This document shows positions 26,622 through 37,463 of a stretch of DNA of 64,000 nucleotides, one piece after another. This stretch comes from Vicugna vicugna (lineage: Eukaryota), in contig MU061578.1 of NCBI GenBank assembly GCA_013265495.1, forward strand, positions 3,545,308 to 3,609,307, read 5' to 3'. The notes beneath the pieces were generated by a model that was not told the DNA's origin, ran no database searches, and worked only from the letters and a program-made list of their open reading frames with translations. The translations under genes were made by a program, and so were the position numbers. Each line of letters opens with the position of its first letter. Position 1 is the stretch's first letter.

Positions 26622-26777
26622 TCTTTTTTTTTTTTTTTTTTTTGGGGGGGGTGATTTTAGTAGGGGAGAGGTAATTAGGTTTACTTATTTATTTTCAGAG
26701 GAGGTACTGGGGATTGAACCCAGGACCTTGTGTGTGCTAAGCATGTACCCTACCAGTTGAGCTATACCCTCCCCTCC
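26622..26777 (-). mobile_element. Vic-1-like SINE (first unit of the dimer) with long poly-A
   Basis: 'gtaattaggtttacttatttattttcagaggaggtactggggattgaacccaggaccttgtgtgtgctaagcatg...gagctataccctcccc', preceded by a run of about 20 T on the + strand. Confidence 0.88.
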
Positions 26778-29700
26778 TAATCCTTATTTTTGATGGTAGC
26801 AACCCCTCCATGTTGATGGGGTCTCGGTATTTATAGGCGAATCGTCTCCGCCAGGTCCATGCTGGCCACTTCTGACTCACACTACCCAGCTGGCTGCCCC
26901 TTGCCCCCGACCCTCACCAGCGAGCTCTCCCGCTCTAGTGGGGTGCTGCCCCCAACACACCGGGTCCTGGGGGCCAAGCACGAACTGGGTCCCTGGCCTG
27001 CTCTGAGGCGCCACCTGGCTAGAACAGCCTGCAGATGGACGCGCTGTTGCCCCCATGACCCCGGGGAGCAAGAACGCAGGTGGGAAGTGAGCTGGGTGAT
27101 CCAAGACTCTCGACTTTCTGAGCTACTTTTAACAGTTGATGCGTCTTTAGAAATGTATCTAATATGTCTAGGCTACCTAATTTGTTGGCTACAATTGTTC
27201 ATACTGTTCTCTTGTAATCCTTCTTGTCTTAATGTTGGTAGTAATGTCCCCACATAACTTTTTTGACTTGATATTTACATATTTTTTTTTCTTCATCAGT
27301 CAAGCTAGGATTTTGTCAATTTTGTTGATTAGGAACTTTAAAGGTCAGTTTGTTGGTATATGAGTTCTACCTTACTTAGTGGCTTTGGCACTGAATCCCT
27401 GAGGACAAAGGAAGGAAGGTCATGGTATCCTTGGGCTGTGGGATACAGGGAAGGGGTGGATTCGGGGCCAGGAGAACGGTTGTCATGTTGTCAAGGGAAC
27501 CCCTCAGCAGAGGGATGCAAGCAGCTGTCTCAGAACTGGGGAAGGTGTCCTTTCCACCAGAATCTATTCACTTCTGAAAGGGGTGTTTATTGATCCTGTG
27601 GGTGCTAGAGGCATGGGGGTGAGGGGTGCTGGGAGAGGCCAACACAGCGATAAAATTAAAGAAAAAGGTTGCCTCCCAAACCCAATTATCTGGACATTTA
27701 AATCCCCACCTCTATCACATGATGTGTTAAGAGGAGATCACAACCTCCAGAAGGCCCACAAGAGCCAAACAGAGCCTGCAGGTTTGGGGGTGGGGTCCTT
27801 AGCTGCGTCTGAGAAATCGGGAGGAACAGAAAGAAATAAAGCAAGTCTGCAACCTGAGAAGACAGGATGCAAACCTGAAAAAGGCGAAAGGAAATAAACG
27901 CATGTATGTGCATGAAATAGCAAAAGAGGGCAGTTGACTGAAGAACCCATGGCTGGAGCTTCAAGGAGACTGGTGAGGGGCTGAGACAAAGGCCCTGGAT
28001 GAACATCGGGAGTGGAGGCCCTCCGCCGCAGCAGGGGTCTGGAAGTTGTGGGGGCACCATGGACCAAGCACTCAACAACCGCCCTGGTGTTCAGTGCTGT
28101 GCTCAGGTTTTCCGAGTCTTCACAGGACAGTTGCAATAACTGGTGACATTCTTGGACTCAACATGAACTGATTTGGAGATCTTCCCGCTCCTGAAAGGCC
28201 ACCTGGCCGGGTGGGTGGGGGAAGGGGCCTGACCCCGTCCTGCCAGGGCTGGGATGCCTAAAAGCACAAAGTGTCAGGCCATCCCCATGTGGACGCAGAG
28301 GCCCAGGGAGCTGAGGGCTCATAAATTCTGCCCCCTCAGGGAAGAAGGTTCTGATCTGACCAGGGCTATGAGGAGGGCAGACTTGGCCTCAGCAGATGCT
28401 GAAGATGCATCAAAATCATCTCTGAGTGAAAACCTCAAGGCAAAGGAGAAGACACCCAGAGCGTCTGAGATGGAGGGAGGCTCTCACACACCCTCCTCCT
28501 GGGGACAGGACCTGTGCCCAAGTCCCTCACCCCCTCAAGGTGGGTGGGACCTCCCAGCCCTGGCTCTGCAGGCCAAGCTCAGGAGAGATGGGGCACCTTC
28601 TGCAGCAGACAGGGCCCCAGCCAAGTCTGGGCATCACTGCCATCACCAGGCAGCCTCCCCATCCAGATGTGTGACAGCTGCAGGGGCAGAACACTTTGCA
28701 GGGGAGAAGCCCCTAGGTAGGGTCGAGGTCTCAGGAGGGCCGGCATGTCAAGCAGCGGCTTCCAGGGGGTGTTGGCTTGAGAAAGAGTGGGTGGGAAGAA
28801 CAGACCAGATCTTAAATCCCAGCCCCTTGGGCAGGTCAGAAGGCCCCGGCCACCCACTGCTTACCCCTCTGGAAAGCCTACCCATGGTCTGGTGCCCCCT
28901 GCCAGTGGGCTGTCCATCCTGTGGTCAGAGGAGACCTCTGCTGCCCCCCAGGAAACTTCGACTGACTGAGTTTTAGAAGGTGAAGGCAGCACCTGAGCCA
29001 GACAGAAATGCGGTTTTCAACATGAGCCTGTGCTTCTTGTTGAGAAGCAAGGAGGACCCTTGCCCACAGCACCCCCCAGTGCCAGGTGGATGACTCGCCT
29101 GGGTAAAGCTTCTGGGAATGGGAGCCCAGGCCTCACCTTGTGTCGCTGAGGGCCCCGCTCCCCATTTCTCTTGGGCTGACAAAGAAACAGCAGACTTGCG
29201 TGAGATGGGATGGAGGAAGTGTCCGGTGGAGCAGACAAGACCATGTCCGGGCCTTTCTTTCACCAGGTCCACAGTTTGTCCAGCCCTGAGGAACCAGGCC
29301 GAGGCCCCCACCAGCATGGAGTCCCACAGAGGCAGGAGAGGTGGCCCCGAGGGACGTGGTTGTGCAGGTGTCAGCACCAGGAGCTACCAGTGCAGAGGCT
29401 CTGGAGCCCGACTCAGCTGGTGAGTGTGTGGGATGGGGAGGATGCTGGGGAGCGGGCTGGGTGATGGGCAGGGACCCCAGGCTCACACTCAGTGAGACAG
29501 GGGCCACGGAGGCTTTGGGTGGAGGGATGCTGCCTGGTTGTCCTCAGCAGGAGGGTGTCGTCTCAGTACAGGTCCCAAGAGTGGGGCCAGTGCTGTTTCT
29601 GACAGATGGATGGGCCCTGGGGTCCCAAGCCTCTGCAGGGGTGAGGGGCTGCAAGAGGAACAGATCTGATGGGGTCCTGGTTTGTCAGAGGGCCACATGC

Positions 29701-31338
29701 CCACCCAGGCCTAGAGTCACCTAGGATGTCCCCCTGGGTAAGAGGATGCTGTCCAGTTCCCAGGAGGGGTGGGACTGCCTGGTTCCTGGGGTGCCTCTGA
29801 GCCAAGGGAGCCCGTGAATGGGCTCAGGGACTCCTGTGTCACTCAGGCCACAGGCTCCAGCCTTGCCCCTGCTGAACCCAAAGTGGTAAGCACTGCCTGT
29901 GTGTCTTGTGGTGGAGTGAGTCCCAGGAGCCTTGGGAGGGGACAGTTGGACAGAGGCTCAGAGAGGAGCCCACACCAGGGGGTGCTGAGTCCTGGGGGCC
30001 TGTCCTCCCAAGCCCTGGGTGGCAGTGAGCCCAGAACATGGCAGAAAGGGGACCCACCATGGATCCTGGCAGGGAGCCACCTGTGGTTCTGGGGTTGGAG
30101 GGCCACCCAAGCCAAGGCGCAGCATCTCCTCAGGTCTCTTTGCCCACCCTGGGCCCCACAGGGGCACCCGTGGTGCTCCCACCATTGGCAGGGCCCCCAG
30201 GACAGCCCCCTGGGAAGGGCTGCCCAGGCACAGCAGCTCCACTCGGCTGCCGTGGGCAGACTTGCTGGCTCCAGGCTCCTCATGTGAGGCCCCGTTTGTC
30301 CTGTGACAGACACAGGGCGCCTGTTTGCCTGTGGAGCAGGAACACGGCCTCTCTGTTGGCACCTGGGCCGACCGGCCCCCCAGGCAGGTGGGGGTGCTCC
30401 ACACAGACCTACACTTGTGCCCACCTCGGGCTGGCCTCCTGGCCTGAACCACCTCGTTCTCACCGGGACCCTCTGCAGTGCAGCAGGCGCCCCAGACGGC
30501 CAGGGGTGGGTGAGAGTCTGTCTCCTTGCAGCTGCTGCCAGGCCGTACAGGTTCGGGCTGCACCCCAGTTCTTCCTGCAGCAGGCCCAGAAGGGCCACCC
30601 AGTAAAACATAAATCCAGTTCAACCTGTGGCAACTGGGCTCAGAACCGCTGCCCTGGGGACTCCTGGGCCCCCATGGTCCAAGCTGGAGCTGAGGGCTCT
30701 GCTGTCCCATCCCCTCTAATGCACATCAGGAAGCAGGAGGCTCCAGGTTTGAGACTCGGGGATATGGTCACAAAGGAGAGGAGGACGTGCCTTGCTCAGG
30801 GCCCATGGAGGCGGCTGCCCAAGGAGGACAGAGAACTTCTGTCCATGCTTCTGGTCATGGGTTCTGAGGAGGGAGGCAGAGAACACTGGCTTTTCCGTCA
30901 CACAGGCCCCTCCTGGATGTTGTGGGGCCCCCAGGAGAGCAGAAGAGAGGCAGACAGGGTTTCCTCTTGGCTACACCAGGTACACAATGGGGCTCAGCCA
31001 CGGACCTGCCCCATAGATGCCCAGGATCCCAGGTGGGTGCTGGTGGGCACAGCCATGGAGGGGGGACCACGCGGGCAGGTGGTCCTGGGACAGACCAGGG
31101 CTGGGAGCAACATCAGGACACTGCTGTCTAGGGGGCCTGGTGACAAGGGCAGGCACCTAGGATGGGGAAGGGCTGGGGGCTTTCTGTGGTTCTCGCTGAT
31201 GAACCCAGAGTGAAGGGACTTGGGAACCACGGGGACTGACTGTGGCGAGACAGGAAGCACAGATGCCTTCTTCCCGAGTCTGCTTCCCCGGACGTCCTTG
31301 TGAAGACCCCACTCAGCAGCGGCCCACGGTCTTGCCAT

Positions 31339-31344
31339 TTTATT
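31339..31344 (-). terminator. LMF1: Candidate LMF1 polyadenylation signal (AATAAA)
   Basis: tttatt on the + strand, 27 nt downstream of the TAG stop on the minus strand. Usage cannot be shown from sequence. Confidence 0.45.
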
Positions 31345-31371
31345 TCTTGGGGCACAAGTCCTGGGCCGCCT

Positions 31372-31546
31372 CTAGCTGGGCTCTGGGTATGGCCACTCCC
31401 GTGACCTGAAGTAGCCCTTCAGGTCCTGGAGGCTGAGCGGTGGGAAGTAGGGGCCGAGCCTCTTCCGAATCCACCACTTGCCCTCGGCCGCATGCTGGCC
31501 CCCTGGGCGGCTGAACTTGTACCTGTAGTGCTCTGCCCGGACCCAC
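31372..31546 (-). CDS. LMF1: LMF1 last coding exon (human exon 11 equivalent), 175 bp to the TAG stop
   Basis: Acceptor ttgcag|G. Encodes (R)WVRAEHYRYKFSRPGGQHAAEGKWWIRKRLGPYFPPLSLQDLKGYFRSREWPYPEPS*, the LMF1 C-terminus. Phase matches the preceding exon. Confidence 0.96.
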
Positions 31547-31805
31547 CTGCAAGGTGAGGGCAGCACAGGTCAGCTGGCCCCCTGCTGGCCAGGAGCCCTC
31601 GGAGGGAAAGGCTGCCCAGGGGAAGCCAGAGGGGCCCCCGGCCAGATGATGGGGGGCGGGCAGGGTGAGTTCTCAACCTTCTCAGGCCTCAGGGGAGTGG
31701 TGCCCAGGCATGTTTCCAGGGGTTGGGCAGGCCCAGTCCTGGAGCAGACCCCTGGATCTGGGGCAGAAGCCCTAGAGGCAGCTGAGCTGTGGGGGGGAGT
31801 CTTAC

Positions 31806-31918
31806 CTGGGGGGGGCCCTGCCCGCAAAAGGGTTGAAGGCCAGCAGGGACAGGGCCTGGGCGTCATTAGTCAGGAGCTTGCCGGCCAGGTGGATGATCCA
31901 CTCGTTGTGCTCGTAGGT
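31806..31918 (-). CDS. LMF1: LMF1 coding exon (exon 10 equivalent), 113 bp
   Basis: cccccag|ACC ... AG|gtaag. Encodes TYEHNEWIIHLAGKLLTNDAQALSLLAFNPFAGRAPP(R). Confidence 0.96.
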
Positions 31919-32651
31919 CTGGGGGGTGGGAAGAGGATGAGGCACGCAGGGCGGAGACAGCTGGACATTGGTAGCCACCACCTGGGCCCTTGGAGAGCCC
32001 TCTGGACGGTGCTTTCTGCTCTCTCTTTCCCTTCAGCCCCACCCTGGCGCTGGCCATGAGTCTGCTGTCCCGGGCGCATCTGACTCAAGTGTGGTTCCTG
32101 GATGGGGGCAGCCCTGGGGGCCTGTGCCCAGTTTCTTTGGTCTGGGGTCGACTCCACAGGGGCCACCTGCTTCCTGCTCTTGCTGGTCAGCCGGACATCT
32201 GTGGATCGTTCATGTGTGTGCCTGGTCCTGCTCATGTGCCTGGGCACCCCCAGCCACTGTCCTGTCCTTGAGACCTAGATGGGGCAGGGCTGGGCCTGGC
32301 TGTCCCAGCACACCTGTCGGCTTCGCCACCTGCCAGCCCAGGGACCTCAGGCAAGTGACTGAGCTTTCCTGAGGCTGTCCTCCTGGGCAAGATGGGATGG
32401 CAACTGTCCATCCCATTCCAGCAGGAAGACCAGGAGCCTCCAGCCTTGCTCTGACCTGAGCAAACACTCCGGTGATGCTGGCTGCCCCTCCACCTCTGGG
32501 GAAGTGCTCTGAAAGCCGCTGTGAGGCCCGGACCTTGGTACCCACAGACCCTGGCAAGAGGCCCATCCCGGGAGTCTATGAAGATTCCCCACGCTCCTTG
32601 TCCTGTGTCACCGGGGGCCCCCCACTGCCTGTGTCCCCACCAAGTCCTTAC

Positions 32652-32835
32652 CTGGAAGGCGGCGAACCACATGAGCCAGTCGAGGCGGTAGTGGTATGGG
32701 GAGATAAGGCACGGCCGCCGCCTCAGGTTGCCTGGCTTGCACTCGAACTCATAGTCCTCCCACTCGGCATCAGGCGAGCTGGCGTTGGAGCTGGCCGTGC
32801 CCTGCAGGATGACCTCTGTGCGCTCCTTGGTGATG
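32652..32835 (-). CDS. LMF1: LMF1 coding exon (exon 9 equivalent), 184 bp
   Basis: caccag|C ... CAG|gtaag. Encodes (S)ITKERTEVILQGTASSNASSPDAEWEDYEFECKPGNLRRRPCLISPYHYRLDWLMWFAAFQ, including the LMF-family RLDW.MWFAA motif. Confidence 0.96.
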
Positions 32836-32971
32836 CTGGTGGGTGGGGGGACCAGTCAGGGCCACGCCTGCCCACCCTGGCTGTCGTCCCGAGCAGATCA
32901 GGGTAAGGCTGCAGGTGCGGGCTGGCCTCCCCCGCATATCCCCTGCCAGGGTCACTGTGGCCCCGAGGTAC

Positions 32972-33125
32972 CTGCCGAAGGCCCCATACGTGTTGACAAT
33001 CCGCAGAGGGTTGAAGGAGCTGTTCATGACCTGCTGGGGGCTTAGCAAGTTGACGACCACAGGGATGCTGAGCCACGTGATCAGGACACCCAGTGCCAGG
33101 TTGGCAGCGCGCCGTGCCATGCGGC
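32972..33125 (-). CDS. LMF1: LMF1 coding exon (exon 8 equivalent), 154 bp
   Basis: ccggcag|GC ... AG|gtacc. Encodes (G)RMARRAANLALGVLITWLSIPVVVNLLSPQQVMNSSFNPLRIVNTYGAFG(S). Confidence 0.95.
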
Positions 33126-33481
33126 CTGCCGGGAGGAGGGAGAGAGCCGGGTAAGCTCCTGCCCTAGGCCTGGCCTCTGGGAAGACACCCCCACCTCAGC
33201 CCCCTTCTCCCTGAGCCCAAAAGACTTTCCAAGGCTGACGTAGAAACTGAGTCATGACAGTCCCCTCTTGGGCTCTCCTGGCTGTCCTGGGTCCCGGGAC
33301 AGAGAAGCAGCACCTGAGGTTTCTTCCTTTCCCAGGGACCAGGACACACAGTCCACACGAAGCAGACAGGAGAGCTGCCCGGTGAGAAGTTGCTGCCCTG
33401 TCTCCCGGGCCTCTGGGTGGGAGGAGGGCTGGGTGCCATTGACTGGAGAGTTGACAGGCACTGGACACGAAGACCACCCAC

Positions 33482-33665
33482 CACATGTCAGTGGGGCCTG
33501 GGGCCCCCGGGTTTCCTCCTCCTGCATCTTCAGGACTCGGTCCTTGAGACCGCCAGGCCCCGCGGGAAACAGGAAGCCCAGAGTAGCGTCATCGAAGCAG
33601 GCGAGGCTGGGCACGATGGTCAGCCAGTTCAGGAAGCTCAGGTTCCCGCTGATGATGAGGACCAC
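33482..33665 (-). CDS. LMF1: LMF1 coding exon (exon 7 equivalent), 184 bp
   Basis: ccccccag|GTG ... G|gtgggt. Encodes VVLIISGNLSFLNWLTIVPSLACFDDATLGFLFPAGPGGLKDRVLKMQEEETRGPQAPLTC(G). The phase-1 end fits the next exon. Confidence 0.94.
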
Positions 33666-34614
33666 CTGGGGGGATGGAGAGAGGGACCCTCCAGCGCCTG
33701 TACTGCACACACGCCATAGTCACGCAGGGGCAGAGGGTCCCTCCTAGAAGCCTGTGCTGATCCCTGAGGTGCCCAGGTGGCTGTGGCCTAGGCCTGTTTC
33801 CCTCCATGGGCCACTGGCCCAGCCTCACTCCAGCCAGTCCCAGAGACGTCCTTGTCCCAGATGATCCTGGAGACGGATTCTCCCCAGAGCCTGGTGAGGA
33901 CCCCTCTTGCCAACACTGGCGGAGTCTGAGCCACGCAACTGTGAGATGACAGGTCTGTTTGTGGCAGTTGTTACAGTGACTGTTACTCAACACAGACCCA
34001 GGGCAGCCTCACCCACGAGCCCAGAACTCCAGCCGGCTGGGTCAGCTGTCCTCCCAAGTGTCTGGACAAGGGCCAGACCTACGGATCCTGCAGTGTGTGT
34101 CCCTCACTGGGAGGGGTTCAGGACAGGTGAAGGTGAGGGTGTCTGGGGTCCCGTGGCCTGGCTGGTGTCACTCTGGCCCACTCCACAGCCCCTGGACATC
34201 AAGGCCGGTGCCCGGGTCCCATGGGAGGTGGACAGGGCTCCCGTTACTCTCCCGGACTAGGATGGGGAAGTCATCGGTGGACGTGACTGTCTGCTGCCCT
34301 GTGTTCCACGCCTGAGTGACCATGCTGGAGGCTGGCCCCCAGGTCTGGGGATGGAGGGTTCCTGGAGGCCTGTGCAGCCCACTTTCCCTTTTTTTCTTAA
34401 AGCTTAAAACCCCCTCTTTTATTTAGGAAAAATTATTGGAATATTATTATAATTTTGTTCATCATTTTTTTGTGGGGGTGAGTCTTAGATGTGACCAAAA
34501 AGACTACAGAGAAGTTCATCACATCACAGTATTAAAATACATTACTTTTGGCCAGTAATGTAACACAGAAACTATAACATTTGTTTTTTTGCCTTCTAGC
34601 TAAGATTTATCATG

Positions 34615-35135
34615 TCTTTTTTTTTTAAATAGACTTTATTCTTTTAGAGCAGTTTCAGGTTCACAACAGAACTGAGCAGAAAATAGAGTTCCCACACAGC
34701 CCTCCCCACCCACACATACACACTCTCCTACCCTCAACATCCCTCATCAGTGTGGCATATTTGGTATATCGATGAACCAACATGGACACGTTATTATCAA
34801 CCAAAGTCCATAGTTTACTTTAGGGTTCACTCTTGATGTTGTACATTCTATGGGCTTTGACAAATGCATATTGACATGAAGCCAACACTATAGTATCATT
34901 CAGAATAATTTCATTGCCCTCAAAATCCTTTGTGCTCCATCTATTTATTCCTCCCTCCCTCTCCCCAAACCCCTGGAAACCATGATCTTTTTATTGTTTC
35001 TGTAGCTGTGCCTTTTCCAGAATGTCATTTGGTTGGACTCGTATAGTTTGTAGCCTTTTCAGACTGGCTTCTTTCATTTAGTACTATGTCTTTTTAAGTT
35101 TCTTCTGTGTCCTTCATGGCTTGATCATTTTTTTT
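34615..35135 (-). mobile_element. LINE-1 (L1MC-type) 3' end fragment
   Basis: 'tttaaatagactttattcttttagagcagtttcaggttcacaacagaactgagcaga', 'ccaaagtccatagtttactttagggttcactcttgatgttgtacattctatggg'. Confidence 0.85.
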
Positions 35136-37463
35136 TTACTGCACATATATTTTATAATTTACATATATGTACTGTTCATTGTTTCTAAGAACGTTTAGAG
35201 CTTTAGCTTTTTAAACTTACATAGTTATCAAAGGCTTAAAGCCAAGCACAAAATAAGAATTAACTAAAAAAGATATATACCCTGCTATTAACAGCAACAT
35301 TTATAATTGCCAAGGTATGGAAGCATCGTAAGTGCACATCAATAGTTGAATACATCAGTCTGCTTTCCCTTGGATGCAGCTCAGATGGAGCTCGTTGTCC
35401 TGAGCTCTTACAGCCACAGCTACCACAAGGATGGGACAGGCCCAGGGCCACCTGCTGGGCGGCTGCCTGAGAGGCCAGTCACTGACCCTCCTCAGAGACC
35501 TCATTGGCCCTGCTGGTTCTGTGGAGGGTCTGGGGTGACCCCGGATGACATGGTCCAGGAAGCACAGATGTGCCTGGACCTGCCGGGCACACTCCTATGG
35601 ACTTGGCACTAACCAGATGACCTGCAGGAACTAAGGTTACAGAGTGCATGGCTGCAGGGGTTTCCGTGCCAGCATGTCGTCGGACTGCGTCCTGGAGCCG
35701 CCTCCCAGCCAGAACTTCTGGAAGGTTCCTTCTGGCCACTGCATATTTTTTAAGTTGTTTTAATAACTTGAAAATGGCACCTTCAGCCTGATTTTGGCCC
35801 TACTGTCAAGGGTGTAGGTGGGAAAGCGGAGTGGGAGGGGTCTTCACTTGAGGGGAGGAGAGGCTGCCGGGTTCATGCCCCACCTCCCCGCCAGGTGCCA
35901 GGCTCTCCTAAAGCAGAGGTGGACGTGGCTGAACGCCGCCGTGCCTGAGCCCCAGGCCAACGCCTCTAATCTTGGAGCCCAGGGACCCCAGCGCCAGCAG
36001 TGTACAAAGCTTCTGGAGGCTCTGGGCCCCTAGAAGAGCCGACAGACCCAGGTGAGGCAACTCCCGGTGACCACAGTGGGAGGGTGAGCTTGAGGCAGGA
36101 GACCTTGGGCCCCATGGCCGCTGTGTAAGGGCACATACCGGGACACCCCCGGTGAGGCTGATGCCCCCAGCATGAGCTCACTGGGGATGAATATGGGGGT
36201 GGGGGTGTGACAAGACTGCTGAAGGTTCTATAAAGTGATACCACAAGTGTTGGAAATGAAGCTGGAACAGGAGGCCTAGAGGAGTTGGTGGCAACATGGA
36301 TATAAGACGTCTTCCTTCTGAGTTATTGGTACAAAAGATAAAATGCACCCATTTTAAGTGTGTGGTTCAGTGCTTTTTGACAAATCACACAAAACCCAGA
36401 ATATCACACCACATAAAGACTGATTTGCTTCAATCCCCGCCCCCCACTTGCACTCTGAACTGACTTCTGTCACCCCGCAATTCTGCCTGGGGGTGCTGGA
36501 ACCACCAGCGTGGGCTCCCCTGGCTGAGCTCGAGGCTCTGAGAGGCGGGGACGTGCCGTGGGCGTCTCCTGTCCTCCTTGTGCACTGGCCACCCCTGGGC
36601 GTGGCTCTCAGGGGTCTGGCTTCTGTGGAAGCTGAGGTGTAGCTGCTGACTGGATTGGGGAGGTGGTGGTGGTGGAAAGGCCATGTGGGCGGTGGGTCTG
36701 GGACCTGAGTTGAGGCAGAGATGTTGAGGCCACTTAGTGTGCTCTCATCCCTTCCCATGTACAGAACAGCTGGAGCCCTGACGAGCCCGGATCCAGTCCT
36801 CTGCCAGATGCATGAGCTGCCAGCTGGCGGCCTTTCCCTGTTTGTTGTGTAGTTTTAGAAGAGGTGAAGTTTTACTTTTTCAGGAAGTCCAAGTTATCAA
36901 TTTTTAAAACCTTTACAATTTGTGCATTTTGCGTCCCATCTAAGCAACGTTTTCCTACTCCAAGGATATAAAGGTCTTCTAAAACTTTTACAGGTCTAAT
37001 ATTATGGTTTAGTTCTCTGATCCATTTCAAACTAGTTTTACAAAAGGCATGTGGCAGGAATCACACCAGCTGGCTCCCCGCTCTGGTCCAGGTACCGCCT
37101 CTGGGAGGGGGAGGCGGAGGTAAAAGACTCTCAAGGGAGTGGGGCCTCTGGGATGACCTGGGGCCACCGGGGGAACCACAGGCTCTCAGTGCTGGGAGGT
37201 GAGAGCACACGGGTCCATGGCGGGCGTGGGGAAGTGTTCAGGGGGAGACAAGCTGCGTCAAGCACACATCTCAGGAAAGTCGAAGGGAAGTGGAGAATAC
37301 CCTGCCACTGGTCCCGCAAAAAGGTGGCCCAGACGGACTTGAGCAAATAAATAAAACCCACAATGGAAATGGTATAATAGCCTTAGCAACAAGGGGAATG
37401 AAGAGAATTTCATGAAGTTCAACCGTCCAACCAAATGGACACATTCCTAGAAAAGAATAAGAC

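Larger units (their letters stand above)
26233..27117 (-). pseudogene. Unidentified processed (retro)copy of a polyadenylated transcript, interrupted by a SINE dimer
   Basis: Poly-T at 26233-26243, with tttatt (AATAAA on minus) at 26258-26263, 14 nt from the tail. AT-rich 3'UTR-like part and GC/CpG-rich 5'-like part. Degenerate TSD ctgagtcacttt (26224) / ctgagctacttt (27118), followed by a TTTT/AA site. The host L1 reads through across the TSD. Confidence 0.75.
23480..27340 (-). mobile_element. Old LINE-1 (3'UTR plus distal ORF2), antisense, interrupted by SINEs and a retrocopy
   Basis: Starts 'ttttaaaaattgaggtgaaa'. Minus-strand translations resemble L1 ORF2 (KDLNGHFSEEDIQMANK; KLLELISQFSKAAGHKTNTQ...IKYLEINLTKEV). 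L1 text resumes at about 27130, in register after the retrocopy. Confidence 0.88.

Noticed and set aside
26826..26838. TATA-box-like CCTATAAATACC on the minus strand
   Set aside because: It lies in the middle of the retrocopy body, with no other promoter evidence.
30038..31213. 391-aa plus-strand ORF just past the LMF1 stop (and overlapping 250/255-aa minus ORFs)
   Set aside because: Pro/Gly/Arg-rich low-information translation, no recognisable domain, and several long overlapping frames, as expected from stop-poor GC-rich DNA.
31806..31818. Possible frameshift at the G8 homopolymer in the LMF1 exon
   Set aside because: The exon length of 113 bp keeps the frame (GCC CCC CCC AG|G TGG), so the gene is intact here.
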